A stretch of 28,686 bases of DNA from Macrostomum lignano (Eukaryota): contig NIVC01005007.1 in assembly GCA_002269645.1 (NCBI GenBank), positions 1-28,686 on the forward strand. The letters run 5' to 3'. The first letter of the stretch is position 1. Each line of letters begins with the position of its first letter. A program made the position numbers and the translations under genes. The notes below the pieces were generated by a model. That model saw only the letters and a list, made by a program, of their open reading frames with translations, did not search any database and was not told the DNA's origin. Positions 1 through 9,500 of the stretch are shown here, in pieces.

Positions 1-1489
1 GAGTCAGGCGCTGCAAGTAGTATGTGTAGACAGCAAGATACTGGCAATGCAGAGTTAGAAGCAGATTATGTTGCACCAAATTCCAAGTATGGTAATGCGA
101 CACTGGAGGACAATAAGCCTGCACTACCTGACGAAGACTTTGACAATTTTGGTGAATTTGCCGATTTTAACAGTGCACCTGCATTTGAGCAACCAACTGC
201 AACTGGGACAGGATCAGAATGCTCAGCTGAGCAAGTAGCAATTAGCCAAGAAAGCAGTGATGATAAGACAGATGCTGCAGTCAAAGCAACAGATTTAGAA
301 GAGGCAAAAGTCAAATCTGCTTCTGAAGAACCCAAAGAAGCACTTGATGAACCTGTCAAAGCAGATGGAGTTGATTCCGAAGTAAAGGAACCGGAAGTAG
401 AGACTCAATCACCAGCAGATCCAGAAGTCAAAGTTGAAACGGACGATCTGAATGCCAACTCGGTAGCAGGAGCGGAGATCCAACCAGAAGAACTGGAAGC
501 TACTGATGAAGAAAATAACGAGATCAAATTTGAAGCGGAGGCGAAGATCGAATTGGAAACAGAACCGGAAGTAAAGGCTCAAACAGATGAAGATGGTAGA
601 ACTGCAATTAAGACTGAATCGGTGGAACTGGGCACAGTTGACGAACTAAGAAATGTTGAGAAACCGACGCGGAGCAGGAAGTGAAGACCGAATCCAAAGA
701 ACCGGAAGCAATTAGCGAATCTAAAGAAAATGATAAGGCCAAAGTTGAAGCAGAAATCACGACCGAATCAGATGAACCCGAAGCAAGTTTCAATGAAATA
801 GTTGAACCCAGAGAGGTCAGGAGTGGAAACGGAAGTAGAAGTCAGTTCAGATACAATCCAGAAGTCGAGCTAAAGTCTAATGTCGAATTCCCAACTGAAC
901 CGGAGTTAGAGCCGGTGCCTGGCCAGGATTCTGAAGTCCAACCGGAAACAGTTGCAGATTTCAACGACATAGAATTCGAGGCAGACTTTGCCGCTTTTGA
1001 GACAGCTGCTGATGGTGAAGAGCAAACGAACGATAGCAACGATCAGTGTTTACAAGAAAATGAAGTCGACGCGGATGATGCAGATTGGGCAGAATTCGCC
1101 GATCCTCCAGCAGCCGATGCTGTTAATGACAAGCCGCCGACGGTCTCTGCTGTCAGTGAAGTTTCCGGCGACGGCAACGTTAATGACGACGACTTTGGCG
1201 AAGATGATGACGACTTTGGCGACTTTGAAGAGTTTCAAGGCGCCCAGCCGATCTCTTCGGAGCGTCGATTAAATAAGCTGTGCGCCGACTTGCGCGCCGC
1301 TCTTGACAAACTGCTGGCTGACGCGCTCGGCGCCGCATCCGAGGAGGTCGACGACGTTGACAATGACGATGCTGATAGTGATGAAAGCGATTTGAATATC
1401 GATTCGCAGCGATTAGAGCAGCTGCTGCAGGCAGAAAGTACCGCACAATTGGAGGATGTGAAGGCTATTGTGTCGCAGGCTGCGTCAAG
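1..1489 (+). CDS. AFTPH: Aftiphilin, large acidic exon (5' partial; frameshift near 661)
   Basis: Frame 1 is open from base 1 to ~663 and continues in frame 3 (ETDAEQEVKTES...) to the donor AAG|GTTGGT at 1489/1490. It carries FGEF (148-159) and FGDF (1215-1226) AP-1 gamma-ear-type motifs and an acidic WAEF motif (1086-1097). It splices in phase 2 to the conserved aftiphilin C-terminal exons. Confidence 0.85.
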
Positions 1490-1584
1490 GTTGGTTTTTT
1501 TGCCTGTGACTGGGAAAAGTAGTTAATGTACCTTTGCGATGCATTGTCAAGAATGGATAAAAGGCTGTATTGTAACTACTGATA

Positions 1585-2021
1585 CTAGAATAACTAGATG
1601 GGCCACTCATGCATATATACTTAGCAAAACAGCTTTCTACTTTCAGTTCAGTAGCAAATAAGAATACAGAAGCTATTTTATAAAAATATAAGGTAGCTGA
1701 GATGACTTTGATAATTTTAGAAGCCAAAGCCCAAGCTTAACAGGCATAAACAACTTGCTAATTGGTTCAGTGATAATGTACATCGGCCAGTTCACTGAAA
1801 TGTACATGGCAGCTTTAGACTGGAATTCCTAGAAAGGCAATAAAATTGGGGTGGGGTCGTGTGGAAAGGCGCGGTTGGAGGGATTAAGCTGGGGGGGGGG
1901 GTAAGAGCCAATAAATAAGCCTCGGCTTTAATAAAACATTAAAATGCTTCAGTTTCACTTACTACTGAACTGAAAGTAGCTTACACGCAAATGTCCTGAG
2001 TGGCCCATCTAGTTATTCTAG
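1585..2021. mobile_element. MITE (Tc1/mariner-type, TA target duplication) in an AFTPH intron
   Basis: 1581-1609 GATACTAGAATAACTAGATGGGCCACTCA is the exact reverse complement of 1997-2025. A further inverted block, CTACTTTCAGTTCAGTAG, lies at 1637-1654 and 1961-1978. TA flanks both ends (1583-1584, 2022-2023). There is no coding capacity. Confidence 0.8.
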
Positions 2022-2691
2022 TATCTGTGATTGTAATCGAGTCCTTGATTTGCTTTATGTAGATCTTTTAGATCTTTTTAGCTTAGCAAAACAAGTCAAT
2101 AGTTGACGCATAGCCATCATTCCGCTGACACATTAAGCTAGCACACACCCCAGAGGGAGAGCCGTAGCCTTATACAGTAGTTAAGGGGCCGCTGTACACT
2201 CCTGTGCGAGTGTGCCAGTGCGTATGCCTGCTCAGGGGAGTCGGCGGAATGGGCAGTAATGCCTCTCGCCGGTTGTGTGCCTATGTCGCTTACAAAAATT
2301 CACCAGAGTATTGAATTCACCATATTGAATTGAATCCAATATTTCATGACGCGCATAACACTACTGTAACCAACTAACAAGTAGTCTCTTCCGTTTTTTA
2401 TTAACTTTCCAATCATCAGAGAGCAGAAGCAGGTCTGCCATTGCATTCACTGGTCAGTTGGTCATGTACAGACAGTGTATAGTTTCCTATTATTTTTATA
2501 ATTTTAATTATTACGGTGTCCATGTCATCCAGTTTTTGTGTGATTTTTTGGCAGTTTGAATTCTTCCCGTTCTCTTCCCCATCATGTGCCCGCCTTTTTT
2601 TCTGGTGGAAATGTTTTATACTTAATAAGTAAACTTTGTTTCTATAGAGAATTCATGAACCCGATGTATACTATACACTACATTCACGCAG

Positions 2692-2824
2692 TCATCCAAC
2701 AACTACCAATGTCTGGTCTAACCTGATGGACTTGGAGAACTCGCCAACAGTCAAGTACCAATGGGCCCAGTCTGTCTTCTATGAGGAGTCGCTTAAAGCC
2801 TTGCATATTGACGTCAGGAACCTG
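2692..2824 (+). CDS. AFTPH: Aftiphilin exon (start of the conserved C-terminal clathrin-binding region)
   Basis: Acceptor CACGCAG| and donor |GTGAGC, phase 2 to 0. It encodes HPTTTNVWSNLMDLENSPTVKYQWAQSVFYEESLKALHIDVRNL, matching the aftiphilin pattern VW..L.D......YQW..S....L..L.ID.RN from recall of the family. Confidence 0.92.
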
Positions 2825-2836
2825 GTGAGCTATGGC

Positions 2837-3783
2837 GTGCCACCCCTCCACCCCATGACCCATGATTGGCTGCCACCCCTCCACCCCATGACCCTTGATT
2901 GGCTGCCACCCCCTCCAGCCCATGATCCTTGATTGGCTGCCATCCCTCCACCCCATGACCCTTGATTGGCTGCCACCCCCTCCAGCCCATGATCCTTGAT
3001 TGGCTGCCATCCCTCCACCCCATGATCCTTGTTTGGCTGCCACCCCTCCACCTCATGATCCTTGATTGGCTGCCATCCCTCCACCCCATGATCCTTGATT
3101 GGCTGCCATCCCTCCACCCCATGATCCTTGATTGGCTGCCATCCCTCCACCCATGATCCTTGATTGGCTGCCACCCCTCCAGCCCATGATCCTTGATTGG
3201 CTGCCACCCCCTCCAGCCCATGATCCTTGATTGGCTGCCATCCCTCCACCTCATGATCCTTGATTGGCTGCCATCCCTCCACCCATGATCCTTGATTGGC
3301 TGCCACCCCCTCCAGCCCATGATCCTTGATTGGCTGCCACCCTCCACCCATGATCCTTGATTGGCTGCCATCCCTCCACCCATGATCCTTGATTGGCTGC
3401 CACCCTCCACCCATGATCCTTGATTGGCTGCCACCCCTCCAGCCCATGATCCTTGATTGGCTGCCATCCCTCCACCCATGATCCTTGATTGGCTGCCATC
3501 CCTCCACCCATGATCCTTGATTGGCTGCCACCCCCTCCAGCCCATGATCCTTGATTGGCTGCCACCCCCTCCAGCCCATGATCCTTGATTGGCTGCCATC
3601 CCTCCACCCCATGATCCTTGATTGGCTGCCATCCCTCCACCCCATGATCCTTGGTTGGCTGTCATCCCTCCACCCCATGATCCTTGATTGGCTGCCACCC
3701 CCTCCAGCCCATGATCCTTGATTGGCTGCCACCCCCTCCACCCCATGATCCTTGATTGGCTGCCACCCCTTCACCTCATGACC
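2837..3783. repeat. Intronic minisatellite, 30-31-bp unit (CCACCCCATGATCCTTGATTGGCTGCCA(C/T)CCCT), ~31 copies
   Basis: Directly visible tandem array between AFTPH exons 2692-2824 and 3879-4028. Confidence 0.97.
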
Positions 3784-3878
3784 CTTTAGGCCAATGTCTA
3801 TACTACACTCCGAACCCTACTGGAAGCCCTGGCTCCCTATTGAAACCGCAACCGCTGCCATCGAAATGAACCTTCCAG

Positions 3879-4028
3879 CTGAACAGTCGGAAGCACGCCT
3901 ATCAGATTTTCGCCGGCCAGCTGGGCCTGCTGGAACCCACGCCCGTCACTCCCGCTGCAGCTGGCGGGAACGATGAAGCTGCCATAGGGCCTGCGGCTGC
4001 GGCAGCAACATCTGCTGGCGTGACTGGG
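3879..4028 (+). CDS. AFTPH: Aftiphilin exon
   Basis: Acceptor CCTTCCAG| and donor |GTGAGA, phase 0 to 0. It encodes LNSRKHAYQIFAGQLGLLEPTPVTP..., matching the aftiphilin (Y/F)A..LG.LEPT motif. This frame is not in the ORF track. Confidence 0.9.
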
Positions 4029-4059
4029 GTGAGAATTCTCGAGAATTTGAGAGTGACTG

Positions 4060-4146
4060 TTTGGGGAATTCATTGTAGATTTTAGTGGATTCATTGGAGT
4101 ATTTGGGGTTGGGGAATTCATTGGAGTATTTGGGGAATTCATTGGA
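4060..4146. repeat. Short degenerate tandem repeat (GGGGAATTCATTGGAGTATTT-like, 3-4 copies)
   Basis: Visible repeats of GGGGAATTCATT(G) in the short intron 4029-4279. Confidence 0.75.
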
Positions 4147-4279
4147 GATACTTTGTGGTGGGATTTTTCAGTAATTAAACCTTGTAGAATTCCTCAAATT
4201 GTGATGCTGGATTTTCTATTTCGATGGCTCGGCTCTGTTGGTCGGCTCCAGTCAAGTGCATTCCCTTCCAAATTGACAG

Positions 4280-4382
4280 GAAGCGCCGGCGGAACCGTCT
4301 GACCCGAGTGCCGCCACGTCTGCTGGAGGCCCGGAACTGCAGTTCGACTGGAACTCCAGCGGATTAACTAATCCTTTGGACA
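4280..4382 (+). CDS. AFTPH: Aftiphilin exon
   Basis: Acceptor TTGACAG| and donor |GTGAGT, phase 0 to 1. It ends LQFDWNSSGLTNPLD, essentially the conserved aftiphilin FDWSSSGLTNPLD motif. Confidence 0.93.
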
Positions 4383-4430
4383 GTGAGTTGCTGTGCTGGG
4401 GAACAGCTGGGTGTTTTGTACTGTGCCACC

Positions 4431-5480
4431 CTCCCTCCCAGATCCTAAATTGCTGGGCCAGCCTCCCAGATCCTCAGTTGCTGGGCCAGCCTCCCAGATC
4501 CTCAGCTGCTGGGCCAGCCTCCTAGATCCTCAGTTGCTGGGCCACCCTCTCTCCCAGATCCTCAGTTGCTGGGCCAGCCTCCCAGATCCTCAGTTGCTGG
4601 GCCAGCCTCCCAGATCCTCAGTTGCTGGGCCAGCCTCCCAGATCCTCAGCTGCTGGGCCAGCCTCCCAGATCCTCAGTTGCTGGGCCAGCCTCCCAGATC
4701 CTCAGTTGTTGCTGGGCCAGCCTCCCAGATCCTCAGTTGCTGGGCCAGCCTCCCAGATCCTCAGTTGCTGGGCCAGCCTCCCAGATCCTCAGTTGCTGGG
4801 CCAGCCTCCCAGATCCTCAGTTGCTGGGCCAGCCTACCTCTCAGATTCTCAGTTGCTGGGCCAGCCTCCCAGATCCTCAGCTGCTGAGCCAGCCTCCCAG
4901 ATCCTCAGTTGCTGGGCCAGCCTCCCAGATCCTCAGTTGCTGGGCCAGCCTCCCAGATCCTCAGTTGCTGGGCCAGCCTCCCAGATCCTCAGTTGCTGGG
5001 CCAGCCTCCCAGATCCTCAGTTGCTGGGCCAGCCTCCCAGATCCTCAGCTGCTGGGCCAGCCTCCCAGATCCTCAATTGCTGGGCCAGCCTCCCAGATCC
5101 TCAGTTGTTGCTGGGCCAGCCTCCCAGATCCTCAGCTGCTGGGCCAGCCTCCCAGATCCTCAGTTGCTGGGCTAGACTCCCAGATCTTTAGTTGCTGGGC
5201 CAGCCTCCCAGATCCTCAGTTGCTGGGCCAGCCTCCCAGATCCTCAGTTGCTGGGCCAGCCTCCCAGATCCTCAGCTGCTGGGCCAGCCTCCCAGATCCT
5301 CAGTTGTTGCTGGGCCAGCCTCCCAGATCCTCAGCTGCTGGGCCAGCCTCCCAGATCCTCAGTTGTTGCTGGGCCAGCCTCCCAGATCCTCAGTTGCTGG
5401 GCCAGCCTCCCAGATCCTTAGTTGCTGGTTCAGCCTCCCAACCTCAGATGCCGGGCCAGCCTCAGAGCCTCAGTTGCTGG
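4431..5480. repeat. Intronic minisatellite, 28-bp unit (GCCTCCCAGATCCTCAGTTGCTGGGCCA), ~37 copies
   Basis: Directly visible tandem array in intron 4383-5581, with occasional +3 (GTT) variants. It explains ORFs 4393-5686. Confidence 0.97.
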
Positions 5481-5581
5481 ATAGCAGGCCCCTTCCAACG
5501 AGTATGAGATCGGGCAAGATAGTACATTTTTGCGCAATCACTGTTGCCATAGCACCCACCACGTCCCGTCCACGCGCACAG

Positions 5582-5656
5582 TCACAGCCCTCATGCTGGA
5601 CCTGGACAACATTGGCAGCGGCCGGCCGTCAAGTGGCTGGCGGCCGCGTAATTACG
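5582..5656 (+). CDS. AFTPH: Aftiphilin exon
   Basis: Acceptor GCACAG| and donor |GTAATT, phase 1 to 1. It encodes (I)TALMLDLDNIGSGRPSSGWRPRNY, with an LDLD clathrin-box-like motif. The phases fit both neighbouring exons. Confidence 0.8.
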
Positions 5657-5944
5657 GTAATTTCAGTTAGTTTTTCTTCAGTTTAGTTGCAGCAGCGCAT
5701 GTAGTTCTTCAGGTTTACAGCGGCTCTTGCGAGTATCTTTTTTTGTTGCTAATCTGTGTGCTCATGAGTGTCTTTTTTATTTTTTTCATCCTATGCTTTG
5801 TATAAGCTTCTTTATCCAATTTTATAGCCACTTGACTTTATTTATTCATGTTTCTATCTTATGCAAGGTGGTGGTTCAAATCCTACTAGTTATTTAAATA
5901 TTTTAATAACATTTCAATTGAATTTTTATCCAAGCGGTGGGAAG

Positions 5945-6490
5945 TTGGAGATTAGAGAAAAAAGTGGGAGATTAGAGTGGATAATGGAAGATTAGAGCGG
6001 AAAATGGGAGATTAGATCGGAGAGTAGAAGATTGGAGTAGAGTAGGAGATTTTAGTGAAGAGTGGGAGATTAGAGCGGAGAGTGGGAGATTAGAGCAGAG
6101 AGTAGGAGATCAGAGCGGAGAGTAGACAATTAGAGCTGAGTGGGAGATTAGAGCAGAGGGTGGGAGATTAGATCAAAGAGTAGTAGTTTGGATCGGAGAG
6201 TGGGAGATTGGAGCGGAGAGTGGGAGATTAGAGCGGAGAGTAGGATATTAGAGCGGAGAGTAGACAATTAGAGCTGAGTGGGAGATTAGAGCAGAGGGTG
6301 GGAGATTAGATCAAAGAGTAGTAGTTTGGATCGGAGAGTGGGAGATTGGAGCGGAGAGTGGGAGATTAGAGCGGAGAGTAGGATATTAGAGCGGAGAGTG
6401 GGAGATTACATCGGAGAGTAGAAAATTAGAGCTGAGTGGGAGATTAGAGCAGAGGGTGGGAGATTAGAGCAGAGAAGGAGATTAGAGCAA
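5945..6490. repeat. Purine-rich ~20-bp minisatellite (GGGAGATTAGAGCGGAGAGT) with a 138-bp higher-order duplication
   Basis: Tandem array in intron 5657-6644. The marker variant AGTAGACAATTAGAGCTGAG occurs at 6121 and 6259, followed by the same variant series. Confidence 0.93.
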
Positions 6491-6644
6491 CATCAGTAGT
6501 GCAAAGGGGAAAGCGGAAGTAGATTGCGGTGTTCGATGTCATGTCAAATATCCTACTTTTATTCTCGTCCTCAATGTACTCTTTATGTGTTGAGTCGTAT
6601 TCGCTTTAAACTTCGAATAATTTTCTCTCCTAAATTGATTGCAG

Positions 6645-6895
6645 AGCTGGAGGCAGAATTTCTCGACAATGGAGGCGGCGGCAGCGCTACCGGCCGTCCG
6701 GATAAGAAGCTGAGCAGCCTCATCAGTGCGGCTCAGCCGTCCGCCCCTGTGCCAGCCGCGGCGCTGAGCGATCGGGCCCGCAAATTCATCAAACGATTGC
6801 CAGACCTGTCTTACATGCGAGCCAAGGTGCTCATGTTCCCCATGCACCGTAGCAACAGCGAGAGCTCTCTGCCAGTGACTGACGAGTCGCCCTGA
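6645..6895 (+). CDS. AFTPH: Aftiphilin last coding exon
   Basis: Acceptor TTGATTGCAG|, phase 1. It encodes ELEAEFL...LSDRARKFIKRLPDLSYMRAKVLMFP...DESP*, and LPDLS(F/Y)M.AKVLMFP is the aftiphilin C-terminal signature. Confidence 0.93.
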
Positions 6896-6984
6896 CTTTC
6901 TTCTTTCGAAACCGTTTCAGATGTCTCCGTTCTTGTCAAAAGTTTTTGCAGTTTGTGATTAATTGTTCTCTGGGGTCTGTTTGC

Positions 6985-7310
6985 CAGATCCTGAGGTAGA
7001 CAGCCTATTAGATCCTGAGGTAGACAGCCTACCAGATCCTGAGGTAGACAGCCTACCAGATCCAGAGGTAGACAGCCTACCAGATCCAAAGGTAGACAGC
7101 CTACCAGATCCAAAGGTAGACAGCCTACCAGATTCAAAGGTTGACAGCCTACAATATCTAAAGTTAGGCAGCCTACCAGATCCTACCAGATCCTGAGGTA
7201 GACAGCCTACCAGTTCCAAATGTAGACAACCTACCAGATCCAAGGTAAAAAGTCTACCAAATTCAAATGGTAGACAGCCTACCAGATTCAAAGGTAGATA
7301 GCCTTCCATA
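6985..7310. repeat. 24-bp minisatellite (TAGACAGCCTACCAGATCCTGAGG) just downstream of the AFTPH stop, probable 3' UTR
   Basis: Visible tandem array, degenerating towards 7310. It explains the DPEVDSLP repeat ORF. Confidence 0.93.
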
Positions 7311-7864
7311 TTCAAAGGCTGTGCCAGCCGTAAAAGGCTTCAATTGGTATTTGTTGCAGCCATTGTGCCATGCATTACTGTATGGCACACTTACTTGTGT
7401 ATACTTCCTTTTCATTCAGCCAATTACATAGAATCGCACACTGCATCACATGTTCAGATGCTTAATAGATTTTGTTTTCCCTTATCTCTTAACCTACTTG
7501 CACAAACTTGTTAAATTCTTTGCATAACTCAAATATTGAATTCATTCAGTTTGAATTTGTCCATTTCTGGCCTTAAACATGATTTTTGATGCTACACTTC
7601 TCCCGCTGTTGTGGTAATCGGATGTGTTTTCTGTGTACAATATATTTAACGTCCAGTGTGTTTCGGCGCATGTCTGCATGACATTCCTTGATGAGTCGAG
7701 AGCTCGCGTTTAAACAAAAACATTTAAAAATATTGTTTTTGTCATGCTATGTGGAACTGGGGACATCCAAAACGGAACGGCCAATAGGGTTCTATGGCCC
7801 AGCGTTTTAATCAACTCGAGACAGCAAGCCTTAGACAACTTAATTTGTCATGAAATATGGAACG

Positions 7865-8040
7865 GTGAGCCATAATAGAAGGAGCGGTGAGCCAAAATAG
7901 AAGGAACGGTGAGCCAAAATAGAAGGAACGGTAAGCCAAAATAGAAGGAACGGTAAGCCAAAATAGAAGGAACGGTAAGCCAAAATAGAAGGAGCGGTAA
8001 GCCAAAATAGAAGGAACGGTAAGCCAAAATAGAAGGAACG
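7865..8040. repeat. 22-bp tandem repeat (GT(A/G)AGCCAAAATAGAAGGAACG) x8 inside the left TIR
   Basis: Eight contiguous units counted. The right TIR holds a single inverted copy (CGTTCCTTCTATTCCGGCTCAT, ~8645-8666). Confidence 0.95.
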
Positions 8041-8112
8041 ATTTGAGCTTTTCACAGAGACAAGACGCTTTTATTTTCTAACGATTCGTCGCGCTAAGTT
8101 ACGGTCGCATAA

Positions 8113-8586
8113 ATGGCACCGCAAATTTCTGTACGCGATCGACAGCGTATCATAGCCGCCTTTCATCGTGGACTGTCGATGACGGATGTTTCAGTTTTGT
8201 TAGGAGTATCCGAAACTTCTGTTCACCGCATTTGGTCAACATTCGAACAAGCCGGCAGATTAGAAGCTTTGCCTCGTGAAGGACGCAAGGAAGAAAGCTG
8301 CAAAATGGACGCAGATATGCAATTTTTTGCAACAAGAGGTGCAGCAAAATTCCTCTCTAACGCTAAAGTCAATGGCTGAGAAGCTGGTTGGAAGCTTTCC
8401 TGACAAGCCGCATGTGAGCCTTAAAACAATTGATCGAGCAATGGATGGTTTGCTCTTTACGATCAAACTTGCTACCAAGGGGACGGATGTGCGCCAAAAC
8501 ACCTACCGAGTCGAAAGCCTCGACGCCAGAAGCGAATACGCTAACGAAGAATTGACCTTTTTATATTTGATGGTTTCAATTTGTGA
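8113..8586 (+). pseudogene. IS630/Tc1-like transposase N-terminal HTH domains, frameshifted and truncated at the first catalytic Asp
   Basis: MAPQISVRDRQRIIAAFHRGLSMTDVSVLLGVSETSVHRIWSTFEQAGRLEALPR forms the paired-like HTH. After a frameshift in a T-run near 8322-8327 comes LQQEVQQNSSLTLKSMAEKL...VSLKTIDRAM..FTIK, the second HTH. A remnant FIFDGFNL* in another frame at ~8560-8586 resembles the IF.DE.GFNL motif. Confidence 0.82.
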
Positions 8587-9000
8587 CTTAAAATGTGCTT
8601 CATTAATGTCTGTTTTTATTCTTTCTGTAAATAAAACTCAAACCGTTCCTTCTATTCCGGCTCATCGTTCCATATTGCATGACAAATCGAGTTGTCTATG
8701 GCTTGCTTTCCCCGAGTTAATTCAAACACTTGGCTATAGAATTCTATGGCCGTTCCGTTTTGTATGCCCGCTGTTACACATAGCACGACAAAAGCAATAC
8801 CTGTGTTAAATTCTTTAGTCATTTTTTGCTGAATCGTCAAAATTTTACCAATCGTGCGCTATACATACCACTGATACGGCGCTTTAAGTAACAAAATACA
8901 GGCATGCGAAATTGACTAATAGGAGCTTGAATCCATGAGTCTCGTTATTGACGGGTTGGACAATTTTTGGAGCATGTGCTTTCTACATTGGAGATGTTAG

Positions 9001-9269
9001 AGGGCGGGAGCGGAAGGCAGAGAGCAGAAAGTAAAGAGATGAAAGCAGAGAGCGGAAAATAAAGAGCAAAGAGCGGAAAGTAGAGAGAGGAAAGCAGAGA
9101 GCGGAAAGTAGAGAGAGGAAAGCAGAGAGCGGAAAGTAGAGAGTGGAAAGCAGAGAGCGGAAAGCAGAAAGCGGAAAGTAGAGAAAAAAGAGCAGAGAGG
9201 GGGAAAAGAGAGAAGAGCGAAGCGGAAAGCAGAGAACGGAAATTAGAGAGAGAGAGAGAGAGAGAGAGA

Positions 9270-9305
<36 letters not shown>

Positions 9306-9500
9306 AGAGACCGGAAAGTAGTGAGCGGAGAGTAGAGAGAGGAGAGCAGAGACCGGAAAGTAGAGAGCGGAGAGTAGAGAGAGGGGGATTGGAGAGAGGA
9401 GAGCAGAGACCGGAAAGTAGTGAGCGGAAAGTAGAGAGAGGAGAGCAGAGACCGGAAAGTAGTGAGCGGAAAGTAGAGAGAGGAAAGCAGAAAAGGGGAG
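9001..9500. repeat. Purine-rich degenerate repeat (AGAGCGGAAAGTAGAG...) with an embedded (GA)n microsatellite at ~9245-9305
   Basis: Directly visible. Confidence 0.92.

Larger units (their letters stand above)
7725..8808 (+). mobile_element. Decayed IS630/Tc1/mariner-superfamily DNA transposon with long imperfect TIRs
   Basis: The left arm (~7725-8058) and right arm (~8623-8808) are imperfect reverse complements, e.g. AAAACGGAACGGCC/GGCCGTTCCGTTTT and GCAAGCCTTAGACAACT/AGTTGTCTATGGCTTGC. They enclose a transposase remnant. The exact outer ends and a TA duplication were not resolved. Confidence 0.8.

Noticed and set aside
3781-3845. Acceptor CCCTTTAG| at 3789 for AFTPH
   Set aside because: It leads to an in-frame stop at 3841-3843. 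The acceptor at 3878 restores the conserved motif.
4431-5480. CRISPR-like appearance: 28-bp repeat with an internal CCCAG/CTGGG hairpin
   Set aside because: Units are directly adjacent with no unique spacers, there are no cas genes, and the context is a eukaryotic intron.
2684-5686. Long ORFs (up to 314 aa) on both strands over the 31-bp and 28-bp arrays
   Set aside because: They are translations of intronic tandem repeats lacking stops. The true AFTPH exons splice around them.
5860-5890. GGTTCAAATCC, a tRNA T-loop/B-box-like motif
   Set aside because: No A box, acceptor stem or cloverleaf upstream.
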